Of a stretch of DNA of 64,000 nt, positions 38,355 through 55,383 are shown in pieces. Positions within the stretch are counted from its first letter, which is position 1, and the number at the start of each line of letters is the position of its first letter. The DNA comes from the human T2T-CHM13v2.0 reference genome, Homo sapiens. The stretch lies in NCBI RefSeq assembly GCF_009914755.1, contig NC_060942.1. One strand, written 5' to 3'. The notes under the pieces were generated by a model, which was not told where the DNA came from, did not search any database, and worked only from the letters and a program-made list of their open reading frames with translations. The translations under genes and the position numbers were made by a program.

Positions 38355-41010
38355 ATTAAAAAGTTAATTCACCACGGGCCAGGCGTGGTGGCTCACACCT
38401 GTAATCCTAGCACTTTGGGAGGATGAGGCAGGTGGATCACGAGGTCAAGAGTTCAAGACCAGCCTGGCCAAGATGGTGAAACCCCATCTCTACTAGAAAA
38501 ATACAAAAATTTAGCCAGGCATGGTGGCGGGCACCTGTGATCCCAGCTACTCAGGAGGCTGAGAGAGAGAATTGCTTGAACCCGAGAGTCAGAGGTTGCA
38601 GTGAGCCAAGATTGCGCCACTGCACTCCAGCCTGGGAGACAGAGCAAGACTCATCTCAAAAAAAAAAAGTTAATTCACCACGAACAAGTAGGCTTTATTT
38701 TTGAGATTCAGGGTTGAACCAACCCTGAATATACGCAAATAAAGTGTGATTCACCACATAAACAAAATTAAAACCGTATGATTTAATATGGTTTCAGTAG
38801 ACGCAGAAAATGCCTTTGATAAAATCCAACATCCCTTAGTGATAAAAGCCATCACTGGACATTGAAGAACACACTTCAAGATAATGAGAACCATCCATGA
38901 CAAACCCACAGCCAACATAATATTGAACAGGCAAAAACCGGAACCATTCTCCTTGAGAACTGGAACAAGACAAGGATGCCTGCTCTCACCAATTCTATTC
39001 AACTATTGGAAGTTCTACCCAGAGCAATCAGGCAAGAGAAAAATAAAAGGTGTCCAAATAGGAAAAGAAGTCAAACTGTCTCATCATTGTGGAGATGATT
39101 CTATACCTAGAAAACACTAAAGACTCTGGCAAAATCCTCCTGGAGCTGATAAACGACTTCAGTAGGGTTTCAGAATGCAAAATCAGTATACAAAAACCAG
39201 TAGCATTTCTGTACTACGTTTTAAGCTGAAAGCCAAATCAGTAACACAGTCCCATTTACGGTAGCCACAAAAAACACAAAATGCCTAGGAATACATCTAA
39301 CCAAGGAAGTGAAAGATCTCTGCAAGGAGAACTGCAAAACACTACTGAAAGAAATCATAGATGATACCTAAAAAAGGGAAAAACATTTCATGCTCCTGAG
39401 TCAGAAGAACTAGTACTGCCCAAAGCAATCTACAGATTCAGTGTTGTTCCTATCAAACTACTGTCATTTTTCACAGAATTGGAAAAAAGCTATTCTAAAA
39501 TTCAGATGGAACTAAAAAAGAGCTCAAATAGCCAAAGTGATTAATCCTAAGCAAAAATAACAAAATGAGAGGCATCACACTACCCATCTTCAAACTGTTC
39601 TGCAGAGCTACAGTAACCAAAACAGCATGCTACTGGTACAAAAACAAACACATAGACCAGTGGAGGAGGTTAGAGAGCCCAGAAATAAAACTGTACACAT
39701 ACAGCTATCTGATCTTTGACAAAGGCGACAATAACAAGCAATGGGAAAGGACTCCCTATTCAATAAATGGTGCCGGGATAACTGGCTAGCCATATGCAGA
39801 AGAATGAAAGTGGATCCCTACCTTTTACCATATACAAAAATTAACTCAGGATGGATTAAAGACTTAAATGTAAAACTTCAAACCATAAAAATTCTAGAAG
39901 AAAACCTAGGAAATAGCCATTCTGGATGTCGGCCCTGGCAAAGAATTTATGACCAAGTCCCCAAAAGCAGTTACAACACAAACAAAAATTGACAAGTGGG
40001 ACCTAATCAAACTAAACAGCTGCACAGCAAAAGAAACTACCAACAGTGTAAACAGACAGCCTACAGAATGGTAAAAAATATTAACAAGCTATATATTCTA
40101 AAAAGGTCTAATAACCAGAATCTATAAGGAACTTTAACAAGCAAAAAACAACCCCATTTAAAAAATGGGCAAAGGATATGAATAGATAACTTGTTAAGAG
40201 AAGACATACATGTGGTCAGCAAATATGTGAAAAAATGTTCAACATCATAATCATAATCATGGAGAAATGCAAGTCAAAAGCAAAGAGATACCATCTCACA
40301 CCAGTCAGAATGTCTATATTTAAAACATCAAAAAATAACAGATGTTGGCAAGGTTTTGGAGAAAAGGGAACACTTATGCACTGTCGGTTGGACTGTAAAT
40401 TAGTTCAGCCACTGTGGAGAGCAGTTTGGAGATTTCTCAACCTTAAATAGAACTATCGTTTGAACCAGCAATACCATTACTGTATATATACCCAAAGGAA
40501 AATAATACCATTTCACCAAATATACGTGCAGTTTTCTGTTTATCTCAGCACTATTCACAACAGCAAAGACATAGGTGCCTGTCGGTAGTAGATTGGATAA
40601 AGAAAATACACCACAGAATACTACACAGCCATAAAAAAGAACAAAATCATGTCCTTTGCAGCAACATGGATGCAGCTGGAGGCCATTATCCTAAGTGAAT
40701 TAATGCAGGAACAGGAACCCAAATACTGAATGGTCTCACTTAAAAGTGGGAGCTAAACATTAAATACACATGGACATAAAAATATAGGAAAAGTAGTCAC
40801 TGGAGATTCCAAAAAAGGGGAGGGTAATAGAGGAGCAGGGGTTGAAAAACTACCTGTTGGGTACTATGCTCATTACCTGGGTGATGAGATAACTCATAGA
40901 CCAAATCTCAGTGACATGCAATTTATCCATGTAACAAACTTGTATACGTACCTACTGAACCTAAAAGTAGAGGAAAAATAAAGTGTAATTTAGAAATTTT
41001 TTTTAAAAAG
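38355..41010 (+). mobile_element. 5'-truncated L1 (about L1PA15-16/L1PB age), decayed ORF2 RT/C-terminus and 3'UTR
   Basis: ORFs 38884, 39565, 39741 and 40235 give L1 ORF2 peptides ([38 protein letters not shown]). Confidence 0.9.
38377..38668 (+). mobile_element. AluS nested at the L1 5' end
   Basis: TSD aaaaagttaattcaccacg on both sides. Confidence 0.9.
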
Positions 41011-41026
41011 ACTATTAGTGATTTTA

Positions 41027-41315
<289 letters not shown>

Positions 41316-41985
41316 AGAATATGAGTGATTTTAAAATCACAACTATAGAAGGCTAAATAAAAGTAGAGAGAAAGTTGAGGTCAGAATTCTTAAATAGAAA
41401 GTATTGGGAGTTTAAAAGTAAGTACAGAGTAGAGCAAACAACTTGAAAAAGTATGGATTAAGTGACAAAATATGGAATGTAAGAGGTATAAATTAATACA
41501 GAACTAAAAACACCTAAGAAGAGATTAAGGCCAAAGTATGGCCAGAAAGTTAGATCAAACTTCTTTTTTCTCACCTTGCTAAGAATAACGTCCACCTAGA
41601 TCTCATTGAAAGCTTTCCCATAAATAGGATTCTTTTCAAAAAATAATTGAATATTGCTTTTCAGAATTAATCACATGATCTGATTTATATGTTACTTTTA
41701 AACAATAATGGCCACAGTGATACTTTTGTGGCAGAGCTCTAAAGAAATGACTTAGGAATTTTTATTTTATCTCACTAAAAAAATAGGGCAATATTAACAA
41801 CAAAGACAAAGAGGATGCCTTTGTATCATATTAGTATATGAACCACACCGTTTCTGACCATAAAGAGACTTTTTTCTTGGGGGTGAAGAAGACGGATTAT
41901 AATGTAGTTTTAAGAGTAAGATAAGTGGCAGTAAGAGAACATTAGACGAAGCTTTATTATTGTTAAATATCTCTTTTTCTCCTAG

Positions 41986-42198
<213 letters not shown>

Positions 42199-42898
42199 TG
42201 AAAGTTGTTTTTAATGTAAAAATATTACGGTTTCTATGAAATATAATAGATTGTCTTTGGAATAAAGTGTCATTGGTGATAGCGATTAATTTTTGTTATC
42301 ACTGTAATCTTGCACTGAATTGGCCTTCTAGTAGCTGGAACCTTCATTAAAGGAAAGTTTAGTGCCAGTAACAGTGAAAACACCTGCAAAATGACAAAGA
42401 CGTGAAAAATACAAAAGATACAGTGTGATCAGTCAGTGTTGTTCAGAAGGAAAAATCCTTTCATTGCTTAGTGAGAATTTTTAAAGCTGAGAGTCCAACC
42501 AGAGTTAATATGTAGAACTCATATTGAAGGGACAGAATTAAGTGAATGTGTAAAAAAAACCTTTACACTGGCCTATCAATTTCTTGGCCACCTCTTTTCC
42601 AATAACCTCTTGCACTTTAATTCCTCTACCCATTTCTATACTTTACCCAACACTTAGGATAGTTCTGTTTTTGAGATAGAATTTTCAAATGTACTGCATT
42701 CTGACCGTAATGAGATCTCTCAATGAGTTGTTAACTCATCTGTTTTCTTGTCATAATTTCCTTTTAATCCAGCATAAATACTGTGACTTAACATGTCTGT
42801 AAGTTTTTGGTCCATATTCTCTACTATCTTTGCAAAGTGTCTTTTTCCTATTTTCTTTTGGATTAATAGCAGATTATATAAATTAAACAGTTATTTGA

Positions 42899-43111
<213 letters not shown>

Positions 43112-43392
43112 TAGTATGGCTTGCTTTAAAAAACAAACAACAAAAAAATCTTCTGTGATGTTTCCTTCCATGGATGTTTTAGATACCTAATCTGAAAGGA
43201 AAGCTTTTGGGTTCATATAATGTTACTGATATAAAATCTATTGTCAGATAAGATTGAAGTATTTTCATTATCTTTGCCCAGGCTGACATAGCTTTAAAAT
43301 CAGTTTGACAAACACATTTTGTCGAAAAAAAATCTTGTCTTTTGTTAGAAGTAATATTACTAGTTAGAAGTTAATAATAAAAGTATAAAGTA

Positions 43393-43508
43393 AGCTTGGC
43401 ATGGTACACATGCCTGTAGTCCCAGTTACCCAGGAGGCTGAGGCGAGGGGATTGCCTGAGCCAAGGGGTTTGAGGCCAGCCTGGACAAAATAGTGATACT
43501 GTACTCCT
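43393..43508 (+). mobile_element. Alu monomer
   Basis: catgcctgtagtcccag...tttgaggccagcctgg. Confidence 0.7.
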
Positions 43509-43519
43509 AAAAAAATTCT

Positions 43520-43938
43520 TTTTTTTTTTTTTAACATTATACTTTAAGTTCTGGGGTACATGTGCAGAACGTGCAGGTTTGTTACATAGGTATACACGTG
43601 CCATGGTGGTTTGCTGCACCCATCAACCCGTCATCTACATTAGGTATTTCTCTTAAATGCTGTCCCTCCCCTAGCCCCGACTCCCCGACAGGCCCTGGTG
43701 TGTAATGTTCCCCTCCCTGGGTCCATGTGTTCTCATTGTTCAACTCGCACTTAAGAGTGAGAACATGTGGTGTTTGGTTTTCTGTTTCTGTGTTAGTTTG
43801 TTGAGAATGATGGTTTCCAGCTTCATCCATGTCCCTGCAAAGGACATGAACTCATCATTTTTTATGGCTGCATAGTATTCCATGGTGTATATGTGCCACA
43901 TTTTCTTTATCTATTCTATCACTGATGGGCATTTGGGT
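43520..43938 (-). mobile_element. L1PA (about L1PA7) 3' end
   Basis: tatactttaagttctggggtacatgtgcagaacgtgcagg; TSD aaaaaattctttttt. Confidence 0.88.
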
Positions 43939-44203
43939 TAAAAAATTCTTTTTTAAACATAAAAGTATAACATACATGTATGAATGGATTCCTATGTATT
44001 TTTTCTTATATCTAGAAAATTACATTAAAATATTATCTTCAAATTTTCATGGTAAAAAAATCTGATTAACATTAGCATCGTGTTAAATGTAGTTGAAAAT
44101 ATGCTTATGTAAATTCTTGATGTTTATTTTGTCGTGAATTTAAAAAATGAGTATAATTATTATTTTTGTACCAAAAATTACTCAGTAAGAGAACAAAGAG
44201 TAA

Positions 44204-44515
<312 letters not shown>

Positions 44516-45369
44516 TAAATTGAAAAGTCATAAAAGGCATTTTAAAAACTTGAAAAAGTTTGAACATATGCAGAAATAAACATAGAATGAGTATTTCTTG
44601 TGTTCCCATCATCTTCAACAGTCATCATTCTCCCCATACCGTATCATTTTGAAGCAAATTCCAGACATCATACCATTTTATCCATAAAGATTGTGGTATA
44701 TAGATTTTTTTGATAGCTTTTCATAGTAGCTGTTTAAATAAAATTTCTTGATGTTTAAACCCTGTATTAACAGGATGATGAGGAGAAAAATCATTATAAA
44801 GGTTTGCAACTGTGCACTTAATTCATGTTAGCTTAAAAAATAAAAACTCTGGTGGAATTCTTTCAGTCTAAAACAAACAAGCATGCTGTACTCTGCTTAG
44901 AGAGGTAAAGACAGCTTTAGGGAAAAGGACATGCTGGAGTTGGGTCTTCAAGGAACCTGCCAGTAGTAGTCCACAGTGGGTGAGAGAGAAGATCTCTCAG
45001 GTCAAAGGGAAGTTAAATTCATTTAGATCATTGAATGCTTTTTAAAACTTTTCCTCCTTTGAGAGTCTCTATTACACTTTTTCTTAACAGAGCAGTCACA
45101 AAAATAACTTCCATGTTTCCCTTCTAACTAGAGTTTCTGTCTCCAGTAATCTGTTCTGCTATTTTCTAATGTCGAGCATCATTTTCACTGCTGCGGAACT
45201 TTGAATGATATTTTGTTCCCTCCACAATGATAAAATATGCTCTTTGACTTTTAGTTTCTTCCATTTTCTAGCTTCACCCTACACGTAGATGAAATCAGAA
45301 AATAAATGCGCTCCTGTTATGAATAAACAATCCCTGCTTCCTATCACTCTGCGCACAGGCTCCTAATTG

Positions 45370-45830
45370 CTCCTAAATTATAACCTGTCTTCCTACATCT
45401 TCAGTTATCTCTTCCACTAGAGCAGTCCCACCAGCATGTAAACATGCTGGAATGTCTCTCATCTTAAACAAACAAAAGGAAAAATCCCTCCAGAAAAACC
45501 AGCAAAGCTTCCTTTGGCCCTGTATTCCTGTCCATCTACTGCCCTCCTCCATTTTATAGTAAAACTCCTTGGAAGAGTTGTATGTTTTCACATCCTTTTC
45601 TGTCATTCTGTAGCAAGCCACTCTGATCATGTTTTTCTGCTCTGTTCTACCTGACCAAATCCAGGGGTCAATTTTCAGTTCTCATGCTACCCATTAGACC
45701 TATCAGCATGTTACATTCTACTGCATTTGAAATCCATTGCCTTAGTATGGCCTGTAATACCTATAGTATTCCACCCTACCATAATCTCACCCCTTTCTCT
45801 CTCCATAGCTCTTTACTCTCCAGCCAAGTG
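45370..45830 (+). mobile_element. L2 fragments
   Basis: aaaactccttggaagagttgt; ccaaatccaggggtcaattttcagttctcat. Confidence 0.5.
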
Positions 45831-46259
45831 GACTTTTTTTCTACTTCTGTCTTTCTGTAATTGACGTATACTATCTTGGCTCATTTTCGGAATTGTGTAT
45901 TTAATTCTGTTTGTACCCATCTACAATTTGTAAATGCAATTTCATTTCTAAGATTTGAAATAAAACCAGAACAACTTCCAACATGACTTTAAAAAGAAAT
46001 CACCCCTTCAGAAGGGCTTTTGGTTCAGAAGAGCTATCAAATTTGGAACCCTAAGATAGACTTTGCATATTTTGAACTTCAGTACATTTTACTAAGGAAT
46101 ATCTATTTAATTAGTTTTCTGAATATTGAAAAATTCTTCTGTGCTTATTGGGCTTTTCGGAGAGATTAATTTTGATTATTTTACAGTGACTTTTTACATA
46201 AAATATTCTGTTCTACAGATCATTGTTTGAGAACATAAAACATGAAGTTTTCTCTCTGA

Positions 46260-46562
46260 TTTATTTATTTAATTTTTCGAAACAGGATCTCACTCTTTTG
46301 CCCAGGCTGGAGTGCAGTGCAGTGTTGTGAATATGGCTCACTGTAGCTTCAACCTCCTGGGCTCAAGTGATCCTCCCACCAGAGCCTCCCAACTAGCTGG
46401 GACTATAGACGCATGCCGCTACACCTGGCTAATTTTAAAATTTTTTGTAGAGACGGGGTCTTACTGTGTTGCCCAGGCTGGTCGTGAACTGGGCTCAAGG
46501 GATCCTTCCACCTTGGCCTCGTAAAGTGCTGGGATTATAGTCAGGAGCCACTGTGCCTGGCC
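46260..46562 (-). mobile_element. AluJ
   Basis: Dimeric Alu in reverse. Confidence 0.85.
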
Positions 46563-46764
46563 TGATTTTAAAATTTTGCTGAAATATTGTTACAGCAGCC
46601 CAGAAACAAAAATAAAATTTTGATGAAGTAGATTTGTACCTAGCAGAAATTTAAGATGAATAAATCATCAAGGGTCACCATTAAAATACAAATACTGCAG
46701 CACTCACGCCAGTGTGGAATCATTCAGTCATATTGCAAAGATTATAGGCTAGTTTCATTGATTC

Positions 46765-47060
46765 TCATTAATATGATGTGTTACGCATTATTCTAAGTAA
46801 TAGAGATTGAGTAGTGACAAATCAAAGCTCCTGACCTTGTGGAAATCATCTTGTCATGGAGAGAACATGCAATAGATAAGAAATAAGAGGTAAGAAAAAT
46901 GAAGTAAAGAAGGGGATAGATAGTATGCCAATAAGTAAGGTGATCAGGGAAGAGCCTCTTATTAAGGTATCATGTACAAAAATCTAAAGACAAACAGTGT
47001 GTATATCTGGTAAATAATGTTGCAAACAGAGGGAAAGAACAAGTATAAAAGCTATTCAGG
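46765..47060 (-). mobile_element. L2 3' fragment
   Basis: gtgacaaatcaaagctcctgaccttgtgga; tgatcagggaagagcctc. Confidence 0.5.
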
Positions 47061-47349
47061 TAGCAGAAAGGAGGAAGTATAAAGAAGAGGGAAATTAAGA
47101 AAAGATAAAATAAAGAGACATTGCCAGAACCTTTTAGATCCCCTACCCCTTGAAAGAAAAAATTCAGTTTCTCCTCTCTTGAAAATAAAATGCATGGCAT
47201 GCCATTATTGCATGGGTGCTATTTATTTTCTGTCATGTTACCAAGAAACACATCTGTACGCCCATGGGTTAATGACAAAACATTTTATTTTGTTTTTCTG
47301 AACACTAAGTGATACCCCCTGTCTTTCTCAATGTACTTTTCCTCACTAG

Positions 47350-47616
<267 letters not shown>

Positions 47617-48044
47617 TAACAACTAACAGTTGTTAACAGTAAAAATAACAAAAAAGCAAGGTAATGTGAGTCTTAATACTTTGTTATTTGATTCATCATT
47701 GTGTCCTCATTTGTTAAAAATAATGAGTGTAATAATTCAGATCTTAAAAACTACATTACAGAGGATTTCAAGCATGCATAAAAATAAAAAGAATAGTGTA
47801 GCAAACTCCCATGTGCCAATTACCTAGTTTCTACAGTTACTGATTTTTGCCAATTTTGTTCTTTGTTTTCTTATACTAATCTAATAACTTTTTACTGGAG
47901 TTTTAAAAAGCATATCTCAGACATCAAGTCATATCCGTAAATACTTCGGTATGCCTTCCTATGCAAGTACTTAAATTTTAAATACTAATTTTGTAAATGT
48001 CTGTCAAATCTGTTTTTTTTTTTTACTGAAGTTTCAGAATTCTA

Positions 48045-48930
<886 letters not shown>

Positions 48931-49650
48931 ATGTTTTCTGTAAAAGAAAATGAAGTCACACAATCATGGTAGTAGGTGAATTTATCTTAGTAAAGGGGCA
49001 GGTCATCTAAGAAAGGTTAACATGCTCATGCCTTAGTTTGAGACTGATCTTTTTCACTTGTGAGTTTAAAAAGCAGATAAACTGGTTGTGACAGTGTGCT
49101 TTATAAAACACAGTTTTTAGAATAATAGTGTGTTGACTAAAGGGTTTTACTGAAAAGCCAGTGCATTTTTTTTTCTGGGAGCACTTACAAAACATAAATT
49201 AACCCACTTTTTATACCTACTGATGCCAGTGAAGTATTTGTTGATTGACTGTTACCTGGAACAGTTGTGTGGAACAGTTTTGAGGTGGAAAAAGTCTGGA
49301 CATGTTTGTCTTATATCGTTTTGGGGGACAAATATAAAAAATAATGACAGCTTGTTAGCTCAAAAATTTATTATAAGAGTTATTTGTAGATCCGTAATAA
49401 TCCAGAAATTTAAAATAAAACATAAACTAATATATCAGTCTCTTGAGATATGGTTATATATAGATGAGGCTAGAAAAATGATTATTTGATATCTAATTTT
49501 TCTAAGTTTTCTAATTTAATTGCTGACCCACCTTCCCCCTGATAGGATCTGTGCAGAGAGGAGGAACTGATATAATACATTAACATGATGAATAGAAAAA
49601 TAGATGTGTATTAATAAATACATATATTATTCTTTATAAATGAGGGAACT

Positions 49651-49800
49651 GGCCAGGTGCAGTGGCTCATGCCTTGTAATCCCAACACTTTGGGAGACCA
49701 AGGTGGAGGAATTGCTTGAGCCCAGGAGTTCAAGACCAGGTGGGGCAACATAGTGATAATTTGTTTCTGTAAAAAAGTAAAAAAATAAAATAAAATACAA
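49651..49800 (+). mobile_element. Alu monomer (FLAM)
   Basis: ggccaggtgcagtggctcatgcc...gagcccaggagttcaagacc. Confidence 0.8.
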
Positions 49801-50744
49801 GTAAATGAGGAAACTGAAATTCTGAAATATTAACATGCCAGTATTAAAAAGTGACATTAAATGTGATATTAAAATGCTTATGGACATTTGATTTTGGAAA
49901 TTTGCTTTTTCTACTATTTTCTAGAAAACATTAGCAGTTTGGACTACAAGTCATTTACTTAAAGATAACCTTTAAAAGTAGATAGGAGTCCTTTAAAAAC
50001 TTAGACTGTCCTTTAAAGGTAGTTTGGGTAAACAGTTATTTGATTAGGAATGAAATACTGTATGTTTACATTTGGAAACTCAGCAGTTTTCAAAATTCAA
50101 GCTTTTTATAAACTTTGGCAGAGGGAACATGGCTGTAGCTGTGTAAACTTTATGGTAGAGGGACATAACTAAACCAATCTCAAGGGTGTTTGGTTTTTTT
50201 CATAATGTCTTATTCATAGCAGACTGTTAATTTTTCTTTCCATTTTCAGCAGCCTTTCCCCATAATCTGGTAACCAACTACCTCAGTTAAGAGTAGGGGG
50301 TAGAAGCAGCAGAAGGAACTTTCTTGTTAGAGGAGAGGTGATAAATCAGTTTTTTTTTGTAGTTGTCCTTTAGTTCCCTTCCATCTTTTGTAAACTTTTA
50401 AAATGTTGACCCAGGGGATTGGGCTTTTGTCAGGTATCTTGTTTAACACTGTGTTTCCTTTGATGTGCCCAATATTAATAGGTCAGTAGGCAGATTTCTA
50501 GATTTATACAGCCTTATATACTAGCTGGGGAAACAGCAAGAAGCATTTTAAATCAGCAAGACAGTGTAGATCATCAGTGAATAGTCCTATTTAACCAAGG
50601 GCTAGAAAGCCATGTTACTGCTTTTAATGCACAATAGCAGAGAGCTGAACACTGACTGAGGGAGAAGCTAAACTACAGATTGCCAATGCTAAATCTGAGA
50701 ACCAAAGATAGGTTTCTGTTGCTGTTGAACACATTCTAGTGCTT

Positions 50745-50912
50745 ACATAGCATTTGCGTTGTATTAGATGTTAAAAGTAATCTAAAGATGATTTCAAGTG
50801 TATGCTTAGGTTATATGCAAATACTATGCAATTTTATATAAAAGAGTACCTGCAGCTTTTGGTATCCACTGGGGTCTAGAACCAATCTCCTGTGGATACT
50901 GAGGGAAGACTG
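50745..50912 (-). mobile_element. MER2/Tigger3-like fragment
   Basis: taggttatatgcaaatactat...ggatactgagggaagactg|ta. Confidence 0.7.
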
Positions 50913-51102
50913 TAATGTCAGGTGTTGCTTTTTCTTTTTTCAGATCATTTATCATTTTGATAAGAGGGTCACACAATTTAGTTGGCTTTCAAAAGTTCAT
51001 TTTCATTGACCAAAGAAGCCATTTGCAAATAGAACAGAGATAAATTAAGTGATCGTTACACAAATATACAAGTAATTGCATTGTTTGGCCCATATATTTT
51101 AG

Positions 51103-51288
<186 letters not shown>

Positions 51289-51952
51289 TAAAATTCTGGA
51301 TTTCATTTTCATGATAGTATCTTTAGCTGTCATATTGCTTCTTTTCTAAAAAATATATTTTACATAATCTTTATTATTGCTTAGTGTAAATAAACCTCAA
51401 AAATTTTTAAAATTATTTTGAGGAAATAAAGTTTATATCTTACAGTAGTACAACAAGGGGCCAACATTGTACAGTTATGGCTGTTTTAGTGTTTCTTATA
51501 TAGTGCTAGTAAGACTTGCATTTCAGATTAGGATGAATAAATAGATAATTAACACTGACAAAGTGAATGAAGACAGATATCACAGTGACCTACAGAATGG
51601 ATTAAGGAACAGGCATTATTGGGGAAACATACATGGTGAGGCTAAACAAAAAAAGTCTTGCAGGTACCTATCCTCTACTTATCTTATGGAGAGCTACCAA
51701 ATCCTGGGCAGAGCTACTGGAACATACTGATATATTTTAGGGTGAGGCTCCTGCCCTTTATTGTTCTTTTTATGGGGCAAGTATGAACATGGTCTTGTAA
51801 AGTTTGGGAACAGTCTTGACTACCAGAAAGTTCAAGATTAGGTATCATTTATTCCTATGAGTATTGAGAAGCTGCATGGGATCTAGTGGCTGGTGCAAAG
51901 TTGGAGGCACTCCTTCTAGGGGAAAGAGGAAAAGCTGCTAGTCTTTGCAAAG

Positions 51953-51953
<1 letters not shown>

Positions 51954-51992
<39 letters not shown>
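51954..51992. repeat. (TG)n microsatellite, about 19 units
   Basis: Read directly. Confidence 0.95.
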
Positions 51993-51996
<4 letters not shown>

Positions 51997-52003
51997 ATAT
52001 AAA

Positions 52004-52306
52004 TTTTTTTTTTTTTTTTTTTTGGAGACAGAGTCTCGCTGCAACGCCCAGGCTGGAGTGCAGTGGCGTGATCTTGGCTCACTGCAACCTCTGCCTCCCA
52101 GGTTCAAAGCAATTCTCCTGCCTCCGCCTCCTGAGTAGTTGGGATTACAGGCATGTGCCATCATGCCCAGCTAATTTTTGTATTTTTAGTACAGATGGGG
52201 TTTCACCACGTTGGCCAGGCTGGTCTCAAACTCTTGACCGCGGGTGATCCACCCGCCTTGGTCTCCCAAAGTGCTGGGATTACAGGTGTGAGCCACTGCG
52301 CCTGGC
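52004..52306 (-). mobile_element. AluS
   Basis: Dimeric Alu in reverse with T tail. Confidence 0.9.
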
Positions 52307-53655
52307 CATAAAGTTGTATTTTTATACTGTCTCTTCTGTTGGTTGAAGGGAATTCATTGGTCCCAGCCAGGTTGTTGCTAAGCAAGCCAGAGGGAGTTGG
52401 GGTCATATTCAGACAATCTTGAGTATCCCTCCACATATAAAAAATAAATATAAATGTAATGGAGAAACCAGTTGATATCATGTAAAGATGATGTTTCTCT
52501 TGCAATTATTTATAGTTCAATCAGAATCCCAGCAGGGATTTCCCAGAACCTGAAAAGGTGATCTTAAAAGTCGTATGGAAGATTAAAGTGCCAAGAATGG
52601 CTTGTTACACATGGACCTGTTTTCATAGTAATTACAGTTGGAGTTTTTAAATGAGTCTGTTAAATGAGGCTATGATACTGCTGCTCTAAGACCTGAAAAG
52701 ACTTACTTCTCTGGCTTAGCAGTAAGGATTTGATACCCAGATGGGAGACATACTTTGAGAAAGATGGGTTGAGAGACAATGGACCAGAGGGTAATTGGGA
52801 CAGGTATAAACATAGGATTTCATCCTATCATTTCAAGTACCCTTTCTCATTTTTTCCTGTTCAGCTATTGCTTTTCCTGTCTGCATGTACCATTATTACC
52901 TACTCTTTAGGTTCTATTAAGTTGAGATGGGTTTTAGGATTTGGGAGAAAGTCTGATTTTTCTTCTACTGTGGTCTACAAATTCACTGTTATTCTGAATG
53001 TTTGCTTCCAGTAGAGTTAGACAATGATTACTTTCAACCCCAGAATAAAGATATGATTCTAGTTTCTGGAGAACCATCTGTAAAAGGCTGAGAGACCCTT
53101 CTAGACCAGTTATTAGGAAATGTGGCCACTGATTCTTAATCTCTTGAAAGTGAAAGCTTGGTTATCACTGTGAATGTAGTATTGCAGCAAAAATTTGAGA
53201 AGTGTATCTGAGTAGACTTTCAAGAGAAAAATGAAGAATGAAGATAGTGCTATGATGCTTTGACTTGAGTATGTGTGTACAGTATATATTTCTCCAGTGC
53301 AGTCCCCTATACCTGCCCCAGCTTTAGAATATACCTTCTGTGTTTGTGTAAACAAACTTCATTTGATCTATCAGTGATATTGAAACAGTGAACTAGAAAT
53401 CTGCAACTTAGTAACTGAAATACATTAAATTCTAGTGAAATTGATCAAGATGAGTGATTGTTATTCTACTTTGGATTATATCATTACATACTACATTATT
53501 CCAACTAGTTCAGATTTTTAAAATTTAGATTTTAGAAGTATGCAAATACTGCTTTTAAAATAGGAATAGAGGGAAAGAACATTGTAATGGAAGAAAAGAA
53601 CTTGATTGATCTCTAGAATTTTCTAATTAACCATTTTGTTTTGTTTTGTTTTTAG

Positions 53656-53735
53656 CTCATGCCTTCAAACCAACAGCATAAAACAGATGAGAAAGGCAGG
53701 GCTAATTTGGGAGTATTCAGTGTTTTTGCCCCTAG
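53656..53735 (+). CDS. SMCHD1: SMCHD1 exon ~31 (80 nt)
   Basis: tttttag|CTC ATG CCT ... CCT AG|gtaaga. Confidence 0.94.
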
Positions 53736-53962
53736 GTAAGAACCAAAAGTTTGATAGTTGTTGGTGTTATAGAGATTCGTTTTTCTTACTGCTTGCCGAA
53801 GTTACAGCTAATGACTATCCTTCTGTTTAATGTTAGGCAAGAGTTGGGACTGGATAGAAGTTGAGAGGTTTTTCTAAGAGTTGAACTTTGCATAAATTGT
53901 CTCAGAATTTTTAGGTTATTAACTAATGTAATTTGAACCCCTCTCCTCTTTTGTTTTGTTAG

Positions 53963-54120
53963 GGGAGAGCATACTCTTCAGGTTAAAGCCATCTATAACA
54001 AAAGTATCATAGAAGGACCTATAATTAAGTTAATGATTCTTCCAGACCCAGAAAAACCCGTTCGTCTCAATGTTAAATATGACAAAGATGCATCCTTCTT
54101 AGCAGGGGGTCTTTTCACTG
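53963..54120 (+). CDS. SMCHD1: SMCHD1 exon ~32 (158 nt)
   Basis: ttgttag|G GGA GAG CAT ... ACT G|gtgagt. Confidence 0.95.
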
Positions 54121-54835
54121 GTGAGTATTTCACATACATAAATAAATCTATAATGATAATTTGCTTTGTACATTAGTGGAATAAATTACTTATCCTAGGT
54201 TAAGTGTGCTCAGTCTAATGTAGGAGACAGGGAAGCAAATGATTTCAATATCATGTTGCAGATGTTAAGTCAATAGGAAATTAGTTTTTGTTTTACACAA
54301 ATAATTTTCTGGAAGACTTCTGTTTTCTTAAAAGGATGAATCCCTATACATAGTTTTAAGTAGTGAATGAAGCACCTCAAAGTTTAGATTTAAAAATTGT
54401 TGACAATAATTTTTAATAATCAAGTTACATGTATACATAGCTTTTTTTACCCTATAAAGTAGACTATACCATATATAAAGTTTTAAATCTATTTCAGGGA
54501 GATCTATTTCCTGTGATTAAAAAATTAGTAACAGGTGCCAAATGAATGTTACAGGTGGTAAATATAATGGGAATATTATATATATTGATCTTTTGGCTAT
54601 TATATGCTATCGAAAATCATACAAGAAAGTAAATATTCTGTTCTTGGAATACATAAAGCATATGGTGCTATGACCAATTGGCCTAACTCTTAAGTTGCTG
54701 AGTATACATTCTAGTCTTTTTGGTCTTGTATGCTAGAATTTATACATTTCTTCATCAGAATTGTATTAACATTTAAATAACGTGTGCTTTAAACATTTAA
54801 ATAAGATGTTTGCTTTAAGGCATACAATTATTTAA

Positions 54836-55075
<240 letters not shown>

Positions 55076-55383
55076 TAATGTAAATATATGATGTTATATA
55101 AATTTGAGAAATGGAAGTGAATTTACTTCATTCCTTTGGGGTTAAAGAAATTACATCAATGTATGTTTCAAAATTAAAGATTGATGCTATTGAAAAAGAG
55201 TAGTCTACATTGTGATGTTTCTTAACATTTTAAGATGCCTACACATTAAAACTATTTCATCTGAAGGACAGTAGCACAAGGCAGAAGCTATTAAATATGA
55301 GGGGATAATATAGAAAATGAGATAGTAAAGAGATAGGATTGATAGACTGCTTGAAAGAGAGTGGAGAGTTAGAGGGTCTAGAA

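Noticed and set aside
38751-40450. Reverse-transcriptase-like ORFs
   Set aside because: Frameshifted, 5'-truncated L1 ORF2 remnants; not an intact RT gene.
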